A stretch of DNA of 59,600 bases from Chthoniobacter sp. (GCA_041287745.1 JBGGMZ010000179.1:1-59600), one strand, 5' to 3'. Positions 1 to 8,875 are shown, counted from the stretch's first letter. Notes: a model not told the origin generated them from the letters alone. Numbers and translations are program-made.

Positions 1-12
1 AGAAGGAAGATC

Positions 13-100
13 ACCACGAAGACGCGAAGGCACGAAGGGGCAAAGAGCGAGGGCAGCTGCTGAGATTGCGCCCACCTTCGTGCCTTCGCGTCTTCGTGGT
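13..100. repeat. REP-like intergenic inverted repeat
   Basis: Perfect 26-bp arms ACCACGAAGACGCGAAGGCACGAAGG (13-38) and its reverse complement (75-100), with a 36-nt spacer. Confidence 0.85.
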
Positions 101-162
101 TAATTACTAATACTTCCCGAAATAAGCGCCCCGAATTAGGGGTGGACTTCCCTGACAGGACA

Positions 163-402
163 CTAGTTGTTATTCTTCTGGTCGCGGACGCGGCCGGCTT
201 CGTCTTTGAGCGCTTCGGCTTTGGCTTCGCCTTCCTTCTTCGTCACGTCGGCCTGTGCCTCGGCGTTTTTCTTGGCGGACTTGGCGGCTTGGTCGAGTTG
301 GGTGGCTTGGGCGTCGATCTCTGCTTTGCGGGCTTGTTCCTGTTTGGAATCACAAGCGGCGAAACTGAGAGCGGCAAGGGTGGCAAGGGTGATGATCTTC
401 AT
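163..402 (-). CDS. small Ala/Lys/Glu-rich lipoprotein
   Basis: MKIITLATLAALSFAA-C lipobox followed by a charged helical region; ATG at 402. Confidence 0.75.
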   Translation of the reverse strand: MKIITLATLAALSFAACDSKQEQARKAEIDAQATQLDQAAKSAKKNAEAQADVTKKEGEAKAEALKDEAGRVRDQKNNN

Positions 403-580
403 GATACACATGTATCGTTGCTGGGTAGGGGGGAGGATGGTTCAAGACGCCGCACCCGTGCGATTTAGGTGATTCAAACTGCTGGTTGGATCGTGCCGCC
501 GCCTGCCGATAGCCGCAATTCTCGGTCGTGGTTGATCACGCGGGCGGACGATGTAAGACTGCGCGGCCCTCACTCGTGCC

Positions 581-1483
581 ATGAAATCGCTACCGCTCCG
601 CCCTCTCTCTTTGCTCTCTGTGGTCTGTCTTCTCGGCACCTGGCTGCTTCATTTAAATGCGGCGCCTGCCTTGCCTCCGGGCGCGGCCCGAGTGGTGCGT
701 GACGTGGCCTATGTGCCAAACGGGCACGCGCGGCAGAAGCTGGACTTGTATGTGCCCGTGGCGCCCAAAGGCCCGCTGCTGGTTTACATCCACGGCGGAG
801 GCTGGTCGGGCGGCAGCAAGAGCGCGCCGATGGGGCTGCCGCTGCTGAACCTCGGCTACACGCTGGCCAGCGTGGAATATCGCTTCAGCCAGGATGCGGT
901 CTTCCCGGCTCAGATCGAGGATTGCAAGTCGGCGATCCGCTGGTTGCGCGCGCATGCCGCGGAGTATGGTTACGATCCGAAGCGCATCGCTGCCGCTGGA
1001 GATAGTGCAGGCGGACATTTGACTGCTCTCCTGGCGGCAACCGGCGACGTGCACGATTTCGACCAAGGTGACAACCTGGATCAGTCCAGTGCGATCCGGT
1101 GTGGGATCGATTTCTATGGACCAACCGATTTTCTTGCCTTTCTCCCCACCGGCAAGGCGCCCGACGAGCCGGGGAAGACCGGTCGGCCTTTGCTCAATCA
1201 GCTTTTCGGCGGACCCTTGACCGAGAAGATGGAACTGGCGAGGAAGGCCAGTCCCGTGTCGTGGGTGAACAAAAATACCGCTCCGCTGTTCATCCTGCAC
1301 GGGACGAAAGATCCACTGGTGCCGACCTCGCAGAGCACCGAGCTATGCGAGAAAATGAAGACCGCCGGCGTGGAGGTGAAGCTGGATGTGATCGACGGCG
1401 CCGGCCATGGCGGCAAGGAATTCTTTGCCGGAGATCTGCCGCAGCAGATGGTGGACTTTCTGGAAAAACACCTGGCGCAGTAA
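581..1483 (+). CDS. secreted alpha/beta hydrolase (HSL/BD-FAE-like esterase)
   Basis: Signal peptide, HGGGW oxyanion motif, GDSAGG nucleophile, HGTKD and AGH catalytic motifs. Confidence 0.9.
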   Translation: MKSLPLRPLSLLSVVCLLGTWLLHLNAAPALPPGAARVVRDVAYVPNGHARQKLDLYVPVAPKGPLLVYIHGGGWSGGSKSAPMGLPLLNLGYTLASVEYRFSQDAVFPAQIEDCKSAIRWLRAHAAEYGYDPKRIAAAGDSAGGHLTALLAATGDVHDFDQGDNLDQSSAIRCGIDFYGPTDFLAFLPTGKAPDEPGKTGRPLLNQLFGGPLTEKMELARKASPVSWVNKNTAPLFILHGTKDPLVPTSQSTELCEKMKTAGVEVKLDVIDGAGHGGKEFFAGDLPQQMVDFLEKHLAQ

Positions 1484-1522
1484 CCGAGCCGCTTCCGACT
1501 CCACCGAAGACGGTTTAATAAG

Positions 1523-2050
1523 TCAGGTGCTCTCGGTGAATTTGCGGGCGGCTTCTTTCATTTCGTCGAGGGAGGGTTTGGCTTCGCCCATGAAGTCGAA
1601 CGCGGGCAGGGGACTGCCGGTCTCGAGCAGGGTCTTCAAGTTGTTCAGGATGACCGGCCAGCCGCGGCGGCCGCCTTCGAGCATCTTTTCGTCGAGCTCG
1701 ATTTGATGCGCTTCCGTCATCGTGAGGCGCACGACTTTGCCGAGGTCATCAATTTGATAGGTGACGAGGCACTCGGGCAATTTGCGCATTTCCTCGATCC
1801 ACATGACGCGCCATGTGACGGCGAGTTTGCGCGGGGGATCGCACACCACCACCTTGCCCTCGACGTCGAGCTTGCCATCGGGCTGCCAGAAACGAAATGC
1901 GCCGCCGGGCTGGAGCTCGATCTCGATGCGGCGGCCGAAGAAGAACTGCTTCGTGATGTCGCCGGAGGTGAGGGCTTGCCAGACTTTTTCCGGCGTGGCG
2001 GCGATATAGGTAACGTAGACGGTTTTGGGTTTGAATTGGTCAAGATTCAT
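1523..2050 (-). CDS. SRPBCC/AHSA1 (START-like) domain protein
   Basis: YIAATPEKVWQALT and GWPVILNNLKTLLETG motifs. Confidence 0.9.
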   Translation of the reverse strand: MNLDQFKPKTVYVTYIAATPEKVWQALTSGDITKQFFFGRRIEIELQPGGAFRFWQPDGKLDVEGKVVVCDPPRKLAVTWRVMWIEEMRKLPECLVTYQIDDLGKVVRLTMTEAHQIELDEKMLEGGRRGWPVILNNLKTLLETGSPLPAFDFMGEAKPSLDEMKEAARKFTEST

Positions 2051-2523
2051 TCCGCGGACCCTTTCGCAAACTCGATGGCGTGGCCGGTCTCGAGCAGTGT
2101 CTTCATGCTGCTGAGAATGTCGGGCCAGCCTTGGCTGATCATTGGGAAGATCTTGCTGTCGGTGGGGAATCCTTCGTGGGTGACCGTAAGCTGAACGACA
2201 GGCCCCTGACGTTGCGATTGGCCGCCGAACTCGACGATTTCAAAAGTGACGCGCGAGGCGGGTTCGGCGAGCAGTTCCTCCATGTGCAGCGGCTTGAAGG
2301 TGTAGGAGAGCAGGCGCGGCGGCTCGGATTTCAGGATCTTGTCGTCGTGGACGATTTTGCCTTTCCAGCGGAAGACGATGCGGGAGCCCTCGGTCCATTC
2401 GGATTCCAAGCGCGTGCCGCCCCAGTATTGCTCGGTGAATTCGGGATCGGTAAGCGCGGCCCAGAGTTTCTCCGGTGTGGTGGCGATGAGCGTACGGTAG
2501 ACGAATTTGGGTGCAGTATTCAT
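2047..2523 (-). CDS. SRPBCC/AHSA1 domain protein
   Basis: IATTPEKLWAALTDPEFTEQYW and GWPDILSSMKTLLETG motifs; 4-nt overlap with the next gene. Confidence 0.9.
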   Translation of the reverse strand: MNTAPKFVYRTLIATTPEKLWAALTDPEFTEQYWGGTRLESEWTEGSRIVFRWKGKIVHDDKILKSEPPRLLSYTFKPLHMEELLAEPASRVTFEIVEFGGQSQRQGPVVQLTVTHEGFPTDSKIFPMISQGWPDILSSMKTLLETGHAIEFAKGSAE

Positions 2524-2529
2524 GTGGGG

Positions 2530-2979
2530 TTATCCTTTCCAGGTGAAGGGGAGGGGCACGCCTGTCTCGAGCAGGGTCTTGAGGCTGCTGAGGATGGCCT
2601 GCCAGCCGTTGGAGACTTCGAGGAAGTGCTTGCTGCCGGGCTCGAAGCCGTCGTGGACGATGGTGAGCTTGGTGACGCCGAAGGCGACGGCGATTTCGAA
2701 GGTGACGCGCGTGGGCGGCCTCTCCGGCTCGCCCTCGTGGGCTGGCTTGGCGAAGGTGTAGGAAAGGCGATGCGGGGGATCGGCCTGCAGCACTTCGCCG
2801 CTGAGCTCGACGGCGCCATCGGGCTTGAAGTGCTTGATGGAGGCACCGGCGGTCCAATCGGATTGGATGCGACGCCCGCCCCAGTATTGCTGGGTGAATT
2901 CAGGCTGGGTCAGTGCGTTCCACAGCTTCTGCGGGGTCGTGTTGATGTGCAGGACGTAGACGAATTTCGGGTTCTCCAT
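2530..2979 (-). CDS. SRPBCC/AHSA1 domain protein
   Basis: Start reassigned to MENPKFVYV (2979); INTTPQKLWNALT and GWQAILSSLKTLLETG motifs. Confidence 0.9.
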   Translation of the reverse strand: MENPKFVYVLHINTTPQKLWNALTQPEFTQQYWGGRRIQSDWTAGASIKHFKPDGAVELSGEVLQADPPHRLSYTFAKPAHEGEPERPPTRVTFEIAVAFGVTKLTIVHDGFEPGSKHFLEVSNGWQAILSSLKTLLETGVPLPFTWKG

Positions 2980-3298
2980 GGGGTTCGGGTGCGGGTTTTT
3001 CGAGATGCTTCTTGAGGTCGCTGAGAGCCTGCAGACGGTGACGCTCGTACTTGCTGATCCAGCGCTCGTAGATTTCGTGAATGGGGACGGGGTTGAGGAA
3101 GTGGAGCTTTTCCCGACCGTGCCAGACGGTGGCGATGAGGTTGGCGTGCTCAAGGAGATTGAGGTGCTTGGTCACGGCCTGGCGGGACATGTCGAGGTGC
3201 TCGCAGAGGGCGGCGAGGGTCTGGCCGTTGTTCTCATGCAACAGGTCCAGCAGCTTGCGGCGGCTGGAATCGGCCAGGGCTTTGAAAACGGCATCCAT
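2900..3298 (-). CDS. ArsR/SmtB family transcriptional regulator
   Basis: MDAVFKALADSSRRKLLDLL...MSRQAVTKHLNLLE...GREKLHFLN winged HTH; the 3' tail overlaps the SRPBCC gene by 80 nt. Confidence 0.9.
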   Translation of the reverse strand: MDAVFKALADSSRRKLLDLLHENNGQTLAALCEHLDMSRQAVTKHLNLLEHANLIATVWHGREKLHFLNPVPIHEIYERWISKYERHRLQALSDLKKHLEKPAPEPHGEPEIRLRPAHQHDPAEAVERTDPA

Positions 3299-3307
3299 GA
3301 CATGGGT

Positions 3308-3337
3308 AAAATAGGCAACCATATGGTTGCGTGTCAA
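3308..3337 (-). promoter_or_regulatory. sigma70 promoter with ArsR operator between -35 and -10
   Basis: Minus strand TTGACA-18nt-TATTTT; the spacer contains the perfect palindrome GCAACCATATGGTTGC (3315-3330). Confidence 0.75.
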
Positions 3338-3373
3338 CGGCGATTCGGCAAAATGGAAAAATCTTTCGATGGC

Positions 3374-3400
3374 TGTCTTAAGAGCGTCCGGCCGTTCGTC
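3374..3400 (+). promoter_or_regulatory. candidate ECF sigma promoter (ECF42-like) for the VOC-YciI genes
   Basis: TGTCTT-17nt-CGTC upstream of a VOC gene and a DGPF/YciI gene. Confidence 0.35.
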
Positions 3401-3474
3401 GAGAGAATGAAGCACTCTTTCCAGCAATGGGGGCGTGATGCCGCATCAGACCAATCCTAACTCCACTCCACACC

Positions 3475-3954
3475 ATGAATACCGCGACGAAAACCGCACC
3501 CGTCAAACCTGTGCCGGATCACATGCACACGGTCACTCCTCACCTCGTCTGCGCCGGTGCGGCGAAGGCGATCGAATTTTACCAGAAGGCCTTCGGCGCC
3601 TCAGAACTCACGCGTTTGCCGGGCAAGGATGGCAAGCTCATGCACGCCATGGTTCGCATCGGCGATTCGGCAGTCATGCTCGTGGACGAAAACCCGGAGT
3701 GGAACATCCAAGGCCCAACGGCTCTGAAGGGCACGCCGGTGACGATTCACCTGCAGGTGAAGGATGCCGACTCGCTTTTCGAGACTGCCGTCGCCGCAGG
3801 CGCGAAAGTATTGATGCCGATCCAGGATATGTTCTGGGGCGATCGCTATGGAATCGTGCAAGACCCTTTCGGTCATCACTGGTCCATCGCCACCCATGTG
3901 CGTGACCTCACGCACGAGGAAATTCAGGCTGCTTCCGCGCAAATGTGCCAGTAA
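3475..3954 (+). CDS. VOC/glyoxalase family protein (PhnB-like)
   Basis: TVTPHL..AIEFYQKAFGA and DMFWGDRYGIVQDPFGHHWSIAT motifs. Confidence 0.9.
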   Translation: MNTATKTAPVKPVPDHMHTVTPHLVCAGAAKAIEFYQKAFGASELTRLPGKDGKLMHAMVRIGDSAVMLVDENPEWNIQGPTALKGTPVTIHLQVKDADSLFETAVAAGAKVLMPIQDMFWGDRYGIVQDPFGHHWSIATHVRDLTHEEIQAASAQMCQ

Positions 3955-3983
3955 CATTCAATCACCAAACCTGCACCAAAACT

Positions 3984-4415
3984 ATGCCTACGTTACTCAA
4001 TACCGACACGCCCCCGCATGGCGAGGGATACATGCTCCTCTTCCGCGGACGCCCGTGGTACACCGCCGGGTATTCGGATGATAAACTGCGAGAGATCATG
4101 GACGAGGTAAACGCGTGGTTCGCCAAACTCGACGGCGAAGGAAAGCTCGCGGGTGGGCGCCCGCTCTTCGATCGTGCGGTGACGGTCTCCGCTGAAACCA
4201 ACCGCAGCGTGACGGATGGCCCATTCCCCGAGGCGAAGGAAGCCATCGGCGGATACATCGTGGTCAATACGGATTCATTTGAAGAGGCCGTGGAGCTCGC
4301 GCGCGAAAATCCGATGACAAAATACGGTCTCATCACGGAGGTGCGTGAGGTCGCGAGCGATTGCCCGCACATGTACAAGGTGCGGCAGAGACTCGGCACA
4401 GCGGCAGTCGCGTAA
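3984..4415 (+). CDS. YciI/DGPF domain protein
   Basis: VTDGPFPEAKEAIGGY signature; ATG at 3984. Confidence 0.9.
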   Translation: MPTLLNTDTPPHGEGYMLLFRGRPWYTAGYSDDKLREIMDEVNAWFAKLDGEGKLAGGRPLFDRAVTVSAETNRSVTDGPFPEAKEAIGGYIVVNTDSFEEAVELARENPMTKYGLITEVREVASDCPHMYKVRQRLGTAAVA

Positions 4416-4481
4416 CTCCCGCCGGACATCGCTCTTAAAATCGCGCTCCTCATCGGACGCGAAACGAGGAATGGTGGAGGG

Positions 4482-4949
4482 ATGATTCCCCTCCGCCATT
4501 CCTTTGTCGTTTTGTCCCTCCTATCGTGTGCGCTGGCGATGTCCGCGCGGGGGGAAGACGCCAAGCCGGAGCCGCAGATCATGGGCTCGACCGTTTTCGA
4601 CTGGACGCAACTGGCCGTGCACAAGACGCCGAAAGGAGAATCGCGCAGAATTGCACAGGCGCCCACGGCCACGCTCGATGAGCTCGAGATGCATGTCACC
4701 ACGCTCAATCCCGGCGAGCAGGCGCATCCGCCGCATCAGCATCCGGATGAAGAGTTGCTTATCATCAAGGAAGGCACCGTCGAGGCACTCGTAAATGGAG
4801 AATGGAAGCGCGTGGGTCCGGGCTCGGTCATTTTCCAAGCGGCGAATCAGCTTCACGCCATTCGCAATGCAGGCGATACGCCGGCGACTTATCACGTCAT
4901 CAAGTGGAACTCGCCCGGCATGCTGCAGAAGAAGAAGGCGCAGCAGTAA
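4482..4949 (+). CDS. secreted cupin domain protein
   Basis: Signal peptide; HPPHQHPDEELLIIKEG and GSVIF..ANQLH cupin motifs. Confidence 0.85.
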   Translation: MIPLRHSFVVLSLLSCALAMSARGEDAKPEPQIMGSTVFDWTQLAVHKTPKGESRRIAQAPTATLDELEMHVTTLNPGEQAHPPHQHPDEELLIIKEGTVEALVNGEWKRVGPGSVIFQAANQLHAIRNAGDTPATYHVIKWNSPGMLQKKKAQQ

Positions 4950-4994
4950 GATTCCCTGTTGCCTCGCGACGTTCTGTGCCACACATGGCGCATC

Positions 4995-5342
4995 ATGAAT
5001 GTTGAGCGACTCAAGTATGTCATCTGGGCGGCGGATATGCGGCGTGCGGTGAATTTCTATGCGACTGTTTTCGGCGGCACGGTGCTAAAGCAGAATGAGA
5101 TCATCAGCGAGGTCTCGATCTGTGGTGGAGTGATCGGCATTCACGGCGGCGGCGAGGGAAAGCGCACGTGGACGGGGCTGAGCTTTCAGGTGCCGGATGT
5201 CATCGCGGGTGCGCGTGAAATCGTGGCCGCTGGCGGACAACTCACGCGCGAGCCAGAGCCCGAGGATGGCGAACCGCCGCATCTCGCGATGTGCGTGGAC
5301 CCTGAAGGCAACGAGATCATGCTGACGCGAAAGCGCTCGTAA
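4995..5342 (+). CDS. VOC/glyoxalase family protein
   Basis: DMRRAVNFYATVFG and DPEGNEI motifs; ATG at 4995. Confidence 0.85.
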   Translation: MNVERLKYVIWAADMRRAVNFYATVFGGTVLKQNEIISEVSICGGVIGIHGGGEGKRTWTGLSFQVPDVIAGAREIVAAGGQLTREPEPEDGEPPHLAMCVDPEGNEIMLTRKRS

Positions 5343-5365
5343 CGAGGCGCTGCCTCGTCCTGGGC

Positions 5366-5695
5366 TCAAGCCACGGTTAGCGGCCCATCGAACACAGTCA
5401 CACTGATCACTTCGGTTTTCGCGATGTGCGGCCCGTGCTGCACACCTTTCGGTGCGAAGAACATCGTGCCGGGCGTGTAAATGGTATCGCCCTCCTCCCA
5501 GCCGCCCGAGAGCACATAGGCCCATTCGTTCGCCTGTGGATGCGTGTGCGCTGGCACGGTTACGCCCCCATGGAATTTGCGCAGCACCACCACGCCACCG
5601 GTCGCTTCATTTTTGTGCAGAATTTTCAGCTCAACCCCAGCGTAGGGGCCCGGCTGCCACGGCTTGTCGTCGGCGAGGGCGATGTAGGGGAACAT
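5366..5695 (-). CDS. cupin domain protein (ChrR-like)
   Basis: PAHTHPQANEWAYVLSG and PKGVQHGP motifs. Confidence 0.85.
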   Translation of the reverse strand: MFPYIALADDKPWQPGPYAGVELKILHKNEATGGVVVLRKFHGGVTVPAHTHPQANEWAYVLSGGWEEGDTIYTPGTMFFAPKGVQHGPHIAKTEVISVTVFDGPLTVA

Positions 5696-5707
5696 GGGAG
5701 GATGGAT

Positions 5708-6724
5708 CTACTTGCTCGCGATCACTGCGCTTTCCGCGGTCGGCAGCAGTGGGTGCAGTGAGAAATCGCGGAAGCCAGCGTCGGCCAGCATCGTGCGATA
5801 CTCGGCAAAAGTATAGGCATCGCCCTCAGGCGTGGTGCCGAGCATGACCATCGCGAAGCCAGCGGCTCCTGGAGGAGTGACGCGGTCCTCATTCGGCACG
5901 AATTCGACGATGACCACCTGGCCGCCTGGGCGCAGCGCGGCGTGCACGCGACGCAGGAACCGCGTGCAATCGGCAGCGTTAAAGTGATGGAGGAAATTTG
6001 GCACGAGCACCACGTCGTAGTCAGTGCCGAGATCGGCGGTGAAAGCGTCGCCCACGACCTTGCTGAAGCGGTTTCCCAAGCCCGCGGCACGCGCATTTTC
6101 CTCGGTCACCGCGAGGACCGCTTCCCAGTCCAGCGCCACGAGATGAGCGCGAGGGTTCTTCCGGGCGAGAGTGATGCCGTAGACGCCGTGGCTGGCGGAA
6201 ATATCGAGGACGCGTGTATCGCGCGAGGGATCGAGATTCACGAGCTCGGCTGTGCCGTTGGCCGTGGGATACATCATTGGTCCCATCTTCTGGGCGAAGG
6301 CAATCCACGCCGGGTGATCCGGCGCGGTGGTGCCGTGCTCGGAGGTGTGCAGCCGGCCGCTGCGAATGGTGCGGGAGAGATCGTTAAAGGCCTCGGTGAG
6401 CTCCGAGGTGAGGAAGAATTCGATGGTGCCTCCGAGATAAGCGGGCGACTTGCGGTCGAGAAAAGTGGCGGAGTCCGGTGTAAGCGCGTAGCGGGAGCCA
6501 TCCTTGGCCAGAAAGCCGATGAGGGTGAGATAGTCGCTCAAGATGCGGATGCCGCGCTCGGGGCATTCACATTTCGCCGCAATCTCCGCAACCGTGCTGG
6601 GAGTATTGCCGATGACCGTGAAAAGACCGAGGTCGATCGCCGCCTTGAGCGCGCCAGTTTTGTGAAAGCCGTTGATCGTGTCGAAGAACAGTTGCGGCGA
6701 GGGTGAAGCGGGAGATTGAGACAT
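5708..6724 (-). CDS. class I SAM-dependent O-methyltransferase with dimerisation domain
   Basis: ALKAAIDLGLF N-terminal domain, VLDISASHG motif I variant, NFLHHF, ALRPGG. Confidence 0.9.
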   Translation of the reverse strand: MSQSPASPSPQLFFDTINGFHKTGALKAAIDLGLFTVIGNTPSTVAEIAAKCECPERGIRILSDYLTLIGFLAKDGSRYALTPDSATFLDRKSPAYLGGTIEFFLTSELTEAFNDLSRTIRSGRLHTSEHGTTAPDHPAWIAFAQKMGPMMYPTANGTAELVNLDPSRDTRVLDISASHGVYGITLARKNPRAHLVALDWEAVLAVTEENARAAGLGNRFSKVVGDAFTADLGTDYDVVLVPNFLHHFNAADCTRFLRRVHAALRPGGQVVIVEFVPNEDRVTPPGAAGFAMVMLGTTPEGDAYTFAEYRTMLADAGFRDFSLHPLLPTAESAVIASK

Positions 6725-6770
6725 GAGCCGAGAACGGTAGCGTTGTATTGTGTGACGATGCCAGCGGATC

Positions 6771-8045
6771 TTATTGCGGCTGTCTCGTCGGTGTCAGCTG
6801 CGGTAATTTACTGAAGACGATCTCGGACGTGCCGAATTTCGGGATCAAATGTCGCCGGCCGGTGGTGTAGGTGACGTAGATTTGATCGTGGTCGAGTTGC
6901 ATGAATGGCGTGTTTACCGCATCGGGATCGACGAGAGAAAACGCCCGGGTGCAGGTCGTGTAGGTGGGATCGATGCGGACGACGTCGCATTTGTTTCGCG
7001 TCACTGTTTTCGGCCCCATGTTCACCGTCGGCGCCGCGAGCATTGCGACGAGACCGAGTGCAGGACCGCCATCGCAGATTGCCGGGCGACCGATGCCATA
7101 GGTCCACTTCGTGACCGGTGCATCGAAATGGTAGAGATCGGATTTGGCAGCCTTGCTCAGCATGTAACCGGTCTCTGCGACATTGGATCGGAGCAGGAGA
7201 TAAACATGGCTGGCGTCCTGGGTCAGCGCGGGTTCGGCGAGAATCCTGGTCGCGCTGGGCAGGCCGCGAGGATCGGGCGCGCCGAGCAATTCCCAAGTCG
7301 CACCCTGATCAGCGCTGCGCATGAGAATGTTGGTCAGCAACTGCGTCCGGCCATTCAGCGAGCTTTTGATCTGGATGGTGCTGTAGAGCATCCCGTCGAA
7401 CGGCACGAAATCGCCCGCCGTGCTGAGGCCGCTGGAGAATTGTGCGCCGACTCCCGCGCCGAAAAGAAAGTCGAGATGCTTCTGCAAGGCCTCCTGGGTA
7501 AGATCGAGCACCGTTTCCGATTGCCTCGCGATGGTGCAGCGCACTGCGTGCAGGCCCGACAGCGCCCCCGTCGAGATGGTGTAGTCTTTATAGAAGACGC
7601 GGAAGGCCGGCCCGGGATCGCTCGCGAAGCGCGAGGTGAAAAAGACACGCAAAGTGTCGTCGCCGATGCGGTGCAGCATAGGCGCGGTGACAAATTTTCC
7701 ACCGATCGTCAGGCCATTTGAAGAGTCTCCTGAGGCGGAAATGTCCACCCACTTCGCCGTCGCGGCGGGATTGTTGATATCGAAGATGGCCAGTCGCGCG
7801 ATCTGGCCGGCTTTGTTTTCCTCCGGGGTGGTCTCGTTGCACTGGTAGACTGCGTAACCGATGCCATTCACGATGCGCAGGGAGGATTGATGCGCGTACT
7901 GCTCGGTGGCGACTTTGCTTACGATTTGCGCCTGCTGCACGAAGGCCTGCGAGAGCGCCGCTTCGTCCGGCACGGGTTCCGCAGCCCTCGCGATGGGCGC
8001 GATTAAGGCAGCGGTGATGAAGAGAAACCGGAGAAAGAAGGGCAT
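6771..8045 (-). CDS. secreted Asp-box beta-propeller protein (sialidase-like fold, unknown function)
   Basis: Signal peptide; Asp-box MRSADQGATW; similar along its length to the 24037-25245 product. Confidence 0.65.
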   Translation of the reverse strand: MPFFLRFLFITAALIAPIARAAEPVPDEAALSQAFVQQAQIVSKVATEQYAHQSSLRIVNGIGYAVYQCNETTPEENKAGQIARLAIFDINNPAATAKWVDISASGDSSNGLTIGGKFVTAPMLHRIGDDTLRVFFTSRFASDPGPAFRVFYKDYTISTGALSGLHAVRCTIARQSETVLDLTQEALQKHLDFLFGAGVGAQFSSGLSTAGDFVPFDGMLYSTIQIKSSLNGRTQLLTNILMRSADQGATWELLGAPDPRGLPSATRILAEPALTQDASHVYLLLRSNVAETGYMLSKAAKSDLYHFDAPVTKWTYGIGRPAICDGGPALGLVAMLAAPTVNMGPKTVTRNKCDVVRIDPTYTTCTRAFSLVDPDAVNTPFMQLDHDQIYVTYTTGRRHLIPKFGTSEIVFSKLPQLTPTRQPQ

Positions 8046-8113
8046 GATCCAATTGTGCCTACATCACAGCCTCCAGGTTTGTGAATGGCGGTGAAAGTGA
8101 GAGCGGATGCCGT

Positions 8114-8875
8114 TTACAAAAACATCCCGCCCGAAGCTTCGACCCGCTGCGCATTGACCCAACGACCTTCTTCCGAGCAGAGGAATGAAATGACCCCGCC
8201 GATATCATCAGGCACACCCACGCGACCGAGCGCGATGTTGGCCGTCAGGAATGCCTTCCTCTGCGGATTTTCCAATGCCTCGCGGGTGAAATCGGTTTCG
8301 ATGATGCCCGGCGCCACCGCATTGGCCGAGATGCGGCGCGGTCCGAGTTCCTTGGCCAGATACCGGGTGAAGACTTCGATCGCGCCTTTCATCGCGGCAT
8401 ACGCCGCATACCCAGGAACACAGAAGCGAGCGAGGCCCGTGGAGGTATTCACGATGTGTCCGCCATCGGCGATCAATGGCAGCAACTTTTGGGTGAGAAA
8501 GAAGACGCCCTTGAAGTGGACATTTAGCAGGCTGTCGAAATCCTCTTCGGTGGTTTGGGCGAAAGGGGAGGCGCGGTCGATGCCGGCGTTGTTGACCAGG
8601 AAGTCGAAGTTTGGCCGCTGCCATTTGGTCTGCAATGTTTCGCCGAGGGTTTTGGCGAAGGCATCGAACCCCGCCACCTTGGCGACATCGAGCTGCAACA
8701 CGGCGGCTTTGCGTCCGAGTTTTTCGATCTCAGCTGCCACGGCTTCGCCTTCTTCCTGGCGTTCGCGATAGGTGATGATCACATCGGCGCCATCATGGGC
8801 GAGCTTGAGCGCGGTGTTGCGGCCGAGGCCGCGGCTGCTTCCAGTGACGAGGGCGATTTTGTCGGTGTGTTTCAT
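8114..8875 (-). CDS. short-chain dehydrogenase/reductase
   Basis: TGSSRGLG, NNAG, YAAMK and PG motifs. Confidence 0.95.
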   Translation of the reverse strand: MKHTDKIALVTGSSRGLGRNTALKLAHDGADVIITYRERQEEGEAVAAEIEKLGRKAAVLQLDVAKVAGFDAFAKTLGETLQTKWQRPNFDFLVNNAGIDRASPFAQTTEEDFDSLLNVHFKGVFFLTQKLLPLIADGGHIVNTSTGLARFCVPGYAAYAAMKGAIEVFTRYLAKELGPRRISANAVAPGIIETDFTREALENPQRKAFLTANIALGRVGVPDDIGGVISFLCSEEGRWVNAQRVEASGGMFL

